Part shown: in pieces, positions 46,858-54,808 of the stretch
How the letters are laid out: the number at the start of each line of letters is the position of its first letter
Numbering within the stretch: position 1 is the first letter of the stretch
Source of the DNA: Sulfurovum sp.
Lineage (GTDB): Bacteria > Campylobacterota > Campylobacteria > Campylobacterales > Sulfurovaceae
Direction: 5' to 3'
Assembly: GCA_026990595.1 (NCBI GenBank)
Contig: JALXCZ010000011.1
Location: 25,312-89,311, forward strand
DNA: 64,000 nucleotides
Translations under genes and position numbers: made by a program
The notes under the pieces: generated by a model
The model's database searches: none
The model's input: the letters and a program-made list of their open reading frames with translations, nothing else
Told to the model about the DNA's origin: nothing

Positions 46858-47682
46858 ATGAAAAAAAAGATTGTATTAACATTCATAATAACAGTGTTCA
46901 GTATGGCTGGGGAATATCCTCAGGGAAAATTGGGAGAGGTGGTAAAACTTGGAGAAGATATAGTCAATCATACCGATACCAATACTCTCTCTAAGCCATA
47001 TGTACGTAGCCAACTGCAATGTTCAAATTGTCATAGAAAAAAAGGTGCAGACAGCAGAGCTGGAACAGCAAAGACCATTGGTACATTTGTAGGAACATCT
47101 ACCTCTTTTCCTGCCTACTCGAAACGACATAAAGATATTATCAGCCTGCAAAACAGGATTGATGGTTGTTTTTTACGATGTATGAATGGTACAAAATCGG
47201 TGGTTAATACAAAGGTGGGGATTGCTGTAGAGAGTTATATTACCTGGCTTTCAACGGGTATGCCGGTAAAAATGAGTTCAAAAGCTCCACGAACACCTTT
47301 AAAAATAGAGATGTGGAGCAAAAGCAGAAAGAAGTTTATTGCTTTGTTTAAAAAAACAACCCATCAAAATTATCTGAGTGGCAAGGCACTTTATGTCAAA
47401 GAGTGTGCTTCTTGTCATGGGGATGATGGTCAGGGAAAAGGCACTTTCCCTCCACTATGGGGGAGTACAAGTTACACGGCTGATGGAAGTATGGCAAAAC
47501 TTCCTAATGCTGCTACATGGATTGAGGATAATATGCCACTGAACAATACACATCTTACAGACCAACAGACTGCTGATATTACCCTGTATATCAATGCACA
47601 GCCTAGACCGGAGTATAGAGGCTTTAAGGTAGAGGACAATTTTAAAAAATTGGGTCTTGACTTGGAAAAAATAAAAAATTAA
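46858..47682 (+). CDS. tsdA: Diheme c-type cytochrome, TsdA (thiosulfate dehydrogenase/tetrathionate reductase)-like
   Basis: Signal peptide; CSNCH and CASCH heme sites; RIDGCFLRCMNG (TsdA RxxxCFxRSMNG), PPLWG and NMP. Confidence 0.7.
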   Translation: MKKKIVLTFIITVFSMAGEYPQGKLGEVVKLGEDIVNHTDTNTLSKPYVRSQLQCSNCHRKKGADSRAGTAKTIGTFVGTSTSFPAYSKRHKDIISLQNRIDGCFLRCMNGTKSVVNTKVGIAVESYITWLSTGMPVKMSSKAPRTPLKIEMWSKSRKKFIALFKKTTHQNYLSGKALYVKECASCHGDDGQGKGTFPPLWGSTSYTADGSMAKLPNAATWIEDNMPLNNTHLTDQQTADITLYINAQPRPEYRGFKVEDNFKKLGLDLEKIKN

Positions 47683-47693
47683 TAAGGAACACA

Positions 47694-48083
47694 ATGAAAG
47701 AAGTAGATTTTGATACATATTTAAAAAGTTTTGATTACGATGAACGTCAAAAAATGAAGATACAGATGCCTGAACTCTTTGAGCTCTATGCCAAAGGTGA
47801 AGCACAGGTGATAGATATCCGTTTTGATGAAGAGTATGAAGCGTGGCATATCGGATTTGGAGATCACATTCCTCTCAATGAACTTCCGAACAGACTGGAT
47901 GAAATAGACAAAAACAAGACTATTGTTACCATGTGCCCGCACTATGACAGGGCAGAGATCGCACGGCTGTTTTTGAAACTCAAAGGTTACAATGCCCGCT
48001 ATCTTACAGACGGAATGTTAAAAGTTGTGGATTATCTCCGAGGAGATAAAGCCAGAGATTATATGAATAAAATTAAAGGATAA
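47694..48083 (+). CDS. Single-domain rhodanese (sulfurtransferase)
   Basis: IDIR...HI...IP and active-site loop CPHYDR. Confidence 0.85.
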   Translation: MKEVDFDTYLKSFDYDERQKMKIQMPELFELYAKGEAQVIDIRFDEEYEAWHIGFGDHIPLNELPNRLDEIDKNKTIVTMCPHYDRAEIARLFLKLKGYNARYLTDGMLKVVDYLRGDKARDYMNKIKG

Positions 48084-48086
48084 AAA

Positions 48087-49049
48087 ATGCAAAGACGTAA
48101 TTTTCTTAAAGGTGCTGCATTGGCAGCAGGTTCCATGGCTATTTTGCCTACGATAGTTAATGCGAGTATAGTTAAACCAGCAAAAGGTGAAAAAATTCCT
48201 TCAGGAGCAGTAACGCTTTATATAGAATGTCGTATTTTACCTAAATTTAAAAATGATTTATTGCAAAAAATAAATGAATATACAAAAGTGCTCAATAAGA
48301 AAAAAGGATTTTTATCGCTTTCTCTTAAAAATATGGTGGGTGATTCAACAATGGTACACAATTACCCTACAGCCTTAAAAGGTGTCTTAAGTTCTGCCTA
48401 TTTTGATGCAAGTAAAGAGGGGAGTATGCCATTATTTTATTCTCTTTTTATTCGTTTTGAGAATTATCAAGATTTGATGGCATCGAAAACAACACAATGG
48501 TTTGCAAAAGTTATTGCAAAATATGGAACACTCAGCAAAAATTACCATGAGGGTGTTTATAAAACTGTTGCAGCGGGTGATAGAGAACATATATATACAA
48601 CACAAGCAGAGATACAAAAGTTCTTAAAAAATCAAAAAGATAAACCTACAAACAGATACCTGACAGTAAATAATCATGTTGGTATTTTTACAAAGGATGC
48701 CAAGATATTTAATCAAAAAAGTACATCACTTTTAAAAGTTGCCCAAAATACTTTTCGTCCTGCAAAAGGAGATTATGATTATAATCCAAAATTTCCGGTA
48801 GGAATCCCAGGCTCTTATCAAAACTTGCATTATAGAAAAGCCATTGCAACAGAAATTTTACAAAGTGCTTTTTCCGATGGAGATAAAACACATTACTTGT
48901 TCCATGGTGTTTGGGAGAGTCTTTATGACCATGAAAACTCCCATATTGATCCTCGTTTTAGAGCAGATGTGATGAAAATTTTTCCATATATTATTGATGG
49001 ACCAGTTGAACCATTTTATGAAACTATTATTTTAAATAATCATATTTAG
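48087..49049 (+). CDS. Tat-exported protein with two alpha/beta-barrel-type halves, sulfur oxygenase reductase (SOR)-like
   Basis: RRNFLK Tat motif. C-terminal WESLYDHENSH...IIDGPVEPFYETI resembles the SOR iron-binding region WKDWKDHEEMH...MIWGPWEPIYEII. Confidence 0.65.
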   Translation: MQRRNFLKGAALAAGSMAILPTIVNASIVKPAKGEKIPSGAVTLYIECRILPKFKNDLLQKINEYTKVLNKKKGFLSLSLKNMVGDSTMVHNYPTALKGVLSSAYFDASKEGSMPLFYSLFIRFENYQDLMASKTTQWFAKVIAKYGTLSKNYHEGVYKTVAAGDREHIYTTQAEIQKFLKNQKDKPTNRYLTVNNHVGIFTKDAKIFNQKSTSLLKVAQNTFRPAKGDYDYNPKFPVGIPGSYQNLHYRKAIATEILQSAFSDGDKTHYLFHGVWESLYDHENSHIDPRFRADVMKIFPYIIDGPVEPFYETIILNNHI

Positions 49050-49129
49050 TAGATATATAATTGATACAAAAGATTATTAGTAGTGATAAATAGAGACCAT
49101 ATAAAAATTCGAAATTAAAGGATAAGCTA

Positions 49130-49492
49130 ATGCAAAATTTTATAAAAAATGTAATCCCAAGTGAAATGAGTACTATGCGTATTGAGCTTGATGAGTTTAT
49201 TGAACTCTATAATGAGGGGAAATGTGAACTTGTCGATGTACGCGTAGCGATGGAGATAAAGGTATGGCAGGTGAATTTTGGTTTGAAAATCCCTGCACCA
49301 GAGCTTCCTGATCGTCTGGATGAACTACCCAAAGATAAGCTCCTTGTTGTAGCTTGTCCTAAAAATGACAGATCCAATATGGCAAGGACATGGCTTGCTG
49401 CACAGGGATATAATGTAAAATATCTCAGTGGTGGTCTTTTGGGGCTTATGGATTATCTTAAAGGTGGTAAAGCAAAAGCTTTAAAGGTATAG
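49130..49492 (+). CDS. Single-domain rhodanese (paralog of 47694)
   Basis: VDVR, ELPDRLDELPKDK and active-site loop CPKNDR. Confidence 0.85.
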   Translation: MQNFIKNVIPSEMSTMRIELDEFIELYNEGKCELVDVRVAMEIKVWQVNFGLKIPAPELPDRLDELPKDKLLVVACPKNDRSNMARTWLAAQGYNVKYLSGGLLGLMDYLKGGKAKALKV

Positions 49493-49494
49493 GC

Positions 49495-50247
49495 ATGAGC
49501 CCTGAACTCATACATTATACCATCTACTTTTTTCTCACACTTGGGCTCTCGACACTCTTTTCAATGGGTGGAGTTGGTTCGGCTATTGGGCTTGTACCTA
49601 TCTTTTCTATGATGGGAATGCCTATCAATTTGGCAAAAGCCATTGGGCTTTTTATTAACTCTGCTTCTACGATCACTGCTTCATTTATGAACTTCTTTCG
49701 TGGGGTTTTAGATATAAAATTCGCCATCCCGCTTATCATTTCGATTATGATCGCCACGCCTATAGGGGCATGGATGAGCCAGTATGTACAAAAAGAGGTG
49801 GTCGAGTGGATACTGGTGGTATTTTTGCTTGTCAGTGCCGTGCTGCTGCTCTTTAGCAACCGCGAAACGAAAGTAGTGTATGACAAAGCATGGGTGCTGT
49901 ATGTCATTGGTTCTGTAGTAGGGCTTATCTCTGGAACAATCGGTGTAGGCGGAGGATCGCTAATTATGCCGCTGCTTATTCTGCTCGGTTTCGATGCGAA
50001 AAAAGCAGCCTATGCCATCAGCTTCGTGATTCCGTTCTCAACACTGGGTGCCTTTGCAACATATCTTTCGTTTGTAGATATGGACTGGGTACTGCTTGGT
50101 GTGGTCACGATTGCTGCCATTATCGGCGGGTATGTGGGTGATTTTATCATGCATTACCGTCTGACACCGCAGCAGGTGAAAAAACTCATTGCAGTTGTAC
50201 TGTTGTTGCTGAGCGTAAAAATGATATACAAACTTTTAGGAGTATAA
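49495..50247 (+). CDS. Sulfite exporter TauE/SafE family protein
   Basis: MGGVGSAIGLVP and the repeat GTIGVGGGSLIMP; about 8 TM. Confidence 0.87.
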   Translation: MSPELIHYTIYFFLTLGLSTLFSMGGVGSAIGLVPIFSMMGMPINLAKAIGLFINSASTITASFMNFFRGVLDIKFAIPLIISIMIATPIGAWMSQYVQKEVVEWILVVFLLVSAVLLLFSNRETKVVYDKAWVLYVIGSVVGLISGTIGVGGGSLIMPLLILLGFDAKKAAYAISFVIPFSTLGAFATYLSFVDMDWVLLGVVTIAAIIGGYVGDFIMHYRLTPQQVKKLIAVVLLLLSVKMIYKLLGV

Positions 50248-50248
50248 A

Positions 50249-50494
50249 ATGGTACATATTATGAAAAAAATAGCAGACTGGATTGTGGAAAATGAAAAGA
50301 AAGAGGCGACAGACTGCTCCATTCCTGATGAAGTTATTGATGAGTGGCTAGAGACTATAAAAGAGCATAAAACGCATATTCATACAAAAGATGCATCTCA
50401 TCCTCAGCAGCTTGAAATGTTAGAAGATCTTGAAAAAAAAGTTAAAGAAATTGAAGATATTCGTAAGAAAAAGTGTCACACAAACATCAAATGA
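50249..50494 (+). CDS. Small hypothetical helical protein
   Basis: 81-aa ORF tightly packed between tauE and the porin gene. Confidence 0.6.
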   Translation: MVHIMKKIADWIVENEKKEATDCSIPDEVIDEWLETIKEHKTHIHTKDASHPQQLEMLEDLEKKVKEIEDIRKKKCHTNIK

Positions 50495-51810
50495 AAAAAA
50501 GAGTAAGTATTTTTTTTCTGCTATCTATATCATCACATAGTCTCTTCGCTAAAGATTTTTCTTTGATAGGAGATATAAGAGAGCGTTTTGAAACACTTGA
50601 TGGTATGAATAAAAAAGCCTATGGAAATACAGCATTACTTATAGGCAATCCAAATGACAGGCTTCTTGTCAGTCGTATGCAGCTTGGATTTGGTTATCAG
50701 GTATCTTCTACAGTCAAACTTAATGTGCTGGGATATTATGCAAGTGTTTATGGATGGTCACTCAGATATAACGATTTTAGAAAGATAAGTGGGTATAAAA
50801 ATTACATGATAGATCCGCAGGAGGATCTTGATTTTGCTAAATTGAATATAGAAGTTCAAACACTTTTTGGTATTCACGGGCTTTCAACCAAGATCGGGCG
50901 ACAGTCAAATCGTTATGGAGATAAACGTATTTTGGGCCCTGGAAACTGGGGGAACTCGTATGGATGGCTGTGGGATCTTGCCAAAGTATCTTACAAATTT
51001 GATGACAATTTCATTGATGTGTTCTACGGTCAGACAAAAGACAAAGACAAGCACCGTCTCTCTTTGTTCAGAAAGCATGTTTATGCGGGAGCAGGTATAT
51101 ATTCACACTTTAAAACAGAGGCAAACGGAGCCATAGAACCGTTTGTCATTTATAAAGATGGTTTATATACAGGAGTGGGTAACGGACAAAATACGGAAAA
51201 GAGCTATACTTATGGTGTAAGAGCCTACGATACCGACCTTTTTTGTTTTAATTACGATCTTACGTATGCAAAAGCAGACGGGACCATCAAAACAAAGGAT
51301 TATGATGCCTACGGCTATGCGGCGAAGATCGGATATCGGTTCAAGTCTGTTGCCTGGAAGCCGAATTTCGTTGTTGGGCAGATCTATGCCAGTGGGGATG
51401 ATGATCCTAATGATAACATTGTCAAAACCTTCCGAACACCGTTCGGCGGTACGGACGGTTCTCTGTACGGACGTATGGATATCATGAGATGGAGCAACCT
51501 TGTCGAAAATGTGCTTGAGCTGCATCTTTATCCGAAGGAAAATATGCACCTGAAACTTTCTTACCATGATTTTTCACTGTCAGATGCTAACGATGCATGG
51601 ACGTATTATAAAAAATACAATATCAACGGAAACCATGATGATGAATTGGGACAAGAGTATGATGTCGAATTCAAGTGGAAATATGCAAAAGATTTGGAGT
51701 TTCAAGCTATTTATGCCTACTTTGATGCCGGTGCTTTTGTGACAAAGAATGTCTTGGACAATAATGCCCAAAGAGTATTTTTACAGGTTAAATATACTTT
51801 AAAAAATTAA
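50491..51810 (+). CDS. Alginate-export-family outer membrane beta-barrel porin
   Basis: Signal peptide from ATG 50491; GDIRERFE, IGRQ...YGDKRILG, YASGDDDP and terminal FLQVKYTL. Confidence 0.8.
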   Translation: MKKRVSIFFLLSISSHSLFAKDFSLIGDIRERFETLDGMNKKAYGNTALLIGNPNDRLLVSRMQLGFGYQVSSTVKLNVLGYYASVYGWSLRYNDFRKISGYKNYMIDPQEDLDFAKLNIEVQTLFGIHGLSTKIGRQSNRYGDKRILGPGNWGNSYGWLWDLAKVSYKFDDNFIDVFYGQTKDKDKHRLSLFRKHVYAGAGIYSHFKTEANGAIEPFVIYKDGLYTGVGNGQNTEKSYTYGVRAYDTDLFCFNYDLTYAKADGTIKTKDYDAYGYAAKIGYRFKSVAWKPNFVVGQIYASGDDDPNDNIVKTFRTPFGGTDGSLYGRMDIMRWSNLVENVLELHLYPKENMHLKLSYHDFSLSDANDAWTYYKKYNINGNHDDELGQEYDVEFKWKYAKDLEFQAIYAYFDAGAFVTKNVLDNNAQRVFLQVKYTLKN

Positions 51811-51843
51811 AAAAATACTATAATATCAGAGGAAAGGAATTTT

Positions 51844-52167
51844 ATGCAGGATATACTCACTTTCAATACATTTATCACACAGGATGTATTGATATTTTTT
51901 TATTATATCGGCGCGGTGCTTATGCCTGTTGTCTTGTATGTGTTCAAAGATTACCTAATAGCACATCTCTCTTTTGTAAAAAAGATCAATGATAAACTGC
52001 ATACGTTTTACGCTTCTTTCTCTTCCAATGGAAAAATCATCTTTTGGATGATGTTCTCCACCATGTTTTTGTGTATGGAACTGTGTTGGCGTATGATGTT
52101 TGAAGCGATGATAGGATATTTTGATATACATGAATACCTTTATCAGATTACTAAGCAGATAAAATAG
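51844..52167 (+). CDS. DUF4282-like membrane protein
   Basis: DILTFNTFIT...FFYYIG and ELCWRMMFE patterns. Confidence 0.6.
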   Translation: MQDILTFNTFITQDVLIFFYYIGAVLMPVVLYVFKDYLIAHLSFVKKINDKLHTFYASFSSNGKIIFWMMFSTMFLCMELCWRMMFEAMIGYFDIHEYLYQITKQIK

Positions 52168-52181
52168 ACAGGAAAAAAATA

Positions 52182-52565
52182 ATGAAAAAAATAGTTGTAT
52201 TAGTTATTGTTTTACTTACCTACAATCTTTATGCCGCCGATAGACCGATGTTGCAAGAGACAGCTTTTGCGGAAGTCTCAAAACAGATAGGTACAGGCAA
52301 AGCCATATTTCTTGAAGTGGGTTCCGACAGCTGTCGAAGCTGTCGGGTCATGGGGAAACTGCTCTACACGGTCAGACAGGAACATCCGGCATACCCCATC
52401 TACTTTGTCAATGTTAAAAAGGAGCGAGAAGCCGCTTTCAAACTGAAAATACAGATGATCCCGACACAGATCGTACTTGACGGTAAAGGCAGAGAAGTTT
52501 TCCGACATGTCGGTATCTTGAGCCCGGATGAATTGAATGCCCTTCTGGAGAAATATATACAATGA
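52182..52565 (+). CDS. Exported thioredoxin-family protein
   Basis: Signal peptide; CRSC CxxC motif; cis-Pro motif IPTQ. Confidence 0.85.
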   Translation: MKKIVVLVIVLLTYNLYAADRPMLQETAFAEVSKQIGTGKAIFLEVGSDSCRSCRVMGKLLYTVRQEHPAYPIYFVNVKKEREAAFKLKIQMIPTQIVLDGKGREVFRHVGILSPDELNALLEKYIQ

Positions 52566-52879
52566 TGAATGAAGCCTGTCACAGCATGCAGCACGGCGAA
52601 GTACTCAATGCAGAAAAAACGGAATATCCGTTTTTTCATGCTGTACTCTACGGAGACAAAGTTTCAACGGCAAAGTTTTCCAAACGGCTGAGCTGTGCTA
52701 TCAAACACTTGCCTTTGCGTGTAGAATTCAGATATGAATATGACACATTGAAAGCAGTTGAAAAAGGTGTGATGAAAGACCCGACACTGGTACTAGATGG
52801 AGAGATATTTCTCGAAGGACTTGTACAGGCTGAAAGCATAACAGAAGCATTTGAAAAAGTGCTTCTAGAGAAGGAGTAG
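52562..52879 (+). CDS. MTH895-like thioredoxin-fold protein lacking CxxC
   Basis: DPTLVLDGEIFLEG matches TPGLVLDGKVVSTG of the 44133 protein. Confidence 0.6.
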   Translation: MMNEACHSMQHGEVLNAEKTEYPFFHAVLYGDKVSTAKFSKRLSCAIKHLPLRVEFRYEYDTLKAVEKGVMKDPTLVLDGEIFLEGLVQAESITEAFEKVLLEKE

Positions 52880-52880
52880 T

Positions 52881-53459
52881 ATGTTAACAAAATTTATGCA
52901 AAGAGAAAACCGTTTTATACACAGTGAAAAAATGGCTTTTCTTATTTTGCCTATGGTGTTGATACCATTACTTCTGGAACTGGCATTACATAGTATAAAA
53001 CCTGAATGGTTTGCCTTGCACCGTGAGCAGATACTCATTGCAAATATTCTTTATATTGTCATCGCCCGTTTTGCTATGCTTGATACGGCAGTCTATATTT
53101 TCAGTCGTACAAAGAATCATGTACACCTTGCGTTGGTACAAATTGTACTTCTTTATTTGGAAGTTACTGTGATAACTATTGTGTACTATGCCGCTGTATT
53201 TAACATATTTGATGTTTTTTCCCTTTTTCACTTGAGTGCACAGTTTAGCCCCCAAAATCTTACTGCCATTCATGAACATAGTTTTGTTACTTCTATGTAT
53301 ATCTCAACTGTGACCTTTACTACATTAGGTTCAGGAGACTGGATACCCCAGACGCTTCCGGCCATGATTGCAGTTATCTCTGAAGTTATCTTGGGTGTGG
53401 TACAGGGTGGTGTTTTTGTTGCTATTGTTATTTATGCACATCAAAATAAAGGTAAGTAA
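52881..53459 (+). CDS. Potassium channel (pore-loop) family membrane protein
   Basis: Pore helix and filter YISTVTFTTLGSGD followed by an inner helix. Confidence 0.75.
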   Translation: MLTKFMQRENRFIHSEKMAFLILPMVLIPLLLELALHSIKPEWFALHREQILIANILYIVIARFAMLDTAVYIFSRTKNHVHLALVQIVLLYLEVTVITIVYYAAVFNIFDVFSLFHLSAQFSPQNLTAIHEHSFVTSMYISTVTFTTLGSGDWIPQTLPAMIAVISEVILGVVQGGVFVAIVIYAHQNKGK

Positions 53460-53485
53460 TGGTAGATAATAAATTCATATTAAGT

Positions 53486-53504
53486 TCATATTGCAGCAGT
53501 ATGA
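53486..53504. promoter_or_regulatory. Candidate operator upstream of the second TolC operon
   Basis: TCATATTGC-A-GCAGTATGA, a 9-bp inverted repeat with one mismatch. Confidence 0.3.
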
Positions 53505-53533
53505 TTTCACTAGAAATTCTATAAAGGGATGAT

Positions 53534-54808
53534 TTGAAATATATGGTAAAACAATATTTAAAAAAATCGGTACTTCTTTTATCTCTGTTGGGTATGCAAG
53601 AGCTATATGCCCATACACTGACACTGCGAACAGCCATAGACAGTACGTTGGCACATCATCCGGATGTAAAAACATTTATACTACGCATACAGCAGGCAGA
53701 GCAGGGTTATAATGCAGCCTATGCCGACTATCTTCCTCAAGTTGATCTTTCGGCTACGTATGCTCCAACGCAAACATTTGCGCTTCCTGTTAACGGTAGT
53801 TTTCATACAGTGAATGAAAGAAGCTTGCATGCCGGAGTTACTCTGCATCAGAAAGTATGGGATTTTTCCAAGACTTCTTCCCTTGTTGATGCGAGCAAGA
53901 TAGATACAGATATTGCCAAACTTTCACTGGATGAGGTAAAAGCACTGTTAGGCTATAAAGTGAAATCACTTTATGCACTTCTGGTTGTGCAGCGTGAAGC
54001 GATTGTTGTCAGAAGCCAAGACCTTAAAGCAAAAAAAGCATTCTATGCACAGGCAAAGGCGTTAGTCAAACAGGGGCTTAAGACCCATGCTGATGCCAAC
54101 CGCTTTCTCTCTGCTGTGTATGCAGCAAAAGACAGTCTTGCTATCGCCAGAGCCGCTTTTGAAAAAGCAAAGATCTCTCTTTCTCTCTATATGGGCAGAG
54201 AGATCCATACTTCTGTTAAACTCCAAAGCAAAGCCTTGAAGCAGAAATACACAGTACATAAAAATACGGAACGCAAAGTGCTTGCACATAATTACAAAGT
54301 GAAAAAAGATCGACTGAATATCCATAAGAACCGTTTGCTACACAAGTCTGCGAAATCTGCACATTTCGGGAGTATTGACCTTGTCGCATCTTATGACCGT
54401 TTTGATACTCTGAACCAATATAACTCCGATTATGTAGGGGTGAATTACAATGTCTCTCTTTATAGCGGAGGAAGATTGGGTGCACTGGAGCAGAAAGCAC
54501 ATATAGCTACAATGATCGCACAGGAGCAGGAAGCTTCAGATACCTTGGCACTGAAAGAAGAGTTGCGTGCCTTGTTGACAGATATTAAACGTTACAGTCA
54601 AACGATCAGGGCAAAAAAAGTACAGGTAACTTCAGCAAAAAGTGCACAAAGAGAGTTGAGGGCACGATATAAAGAGGGATTGGCTACATATATAGAAGTA
54701 CTGGATAGTACTTCAGCTGTATTAAATGCACAATTGGGTGTATTGGAAGCCTATTATTCCCGTAGTTTGGCTATAGATAGAATTGAATATTTAAAAGGAA
54801 AGATCTAA
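53534..54808 (+). CDS. TolC-family outer membrane protein
   Basis: Signal peptide; DYLPQVDLSA, VSLYSGG and RYKEGLATYIEVLD OEP motifs. Confidence 0.88.
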   Translation: MKYMVKQYLKKSVLLLSLLGMQELYAHTLTLRTAIDSTLAHHPDVKTFILRIQQAEQGYNAAYADYLPQVDLSATYAPTQTFALPVNGSFHTVNERSLHAGVTLHQKVWDFSKTSSLVDASKIDTDIAKLSLDEVKALLGYKVKSLYALLVVQREAIVVRSQDLKAKKAFYAQAKALVKQGLKTHADANRFLSAVYAAKDSLAIARAAFEKAKISLSLYMGREIHTSVKLQSKALKQKYTVHKNTERKVLAHNYKVKKDRLNIHKNRLLHKSAKSAHFGSIDLVASYDRFDTLNQYNSDYVGVNYNVSLYSGGRLGALEQKAHIATMIAQEQEASDTLALKEELRALLTDIKRYSQTIRAKKVQVTSAKSAQRELRARYKEGLATYIEVLDSTSAVLNAQLGVLEAYYSRSLAIDRIEYLKGKI

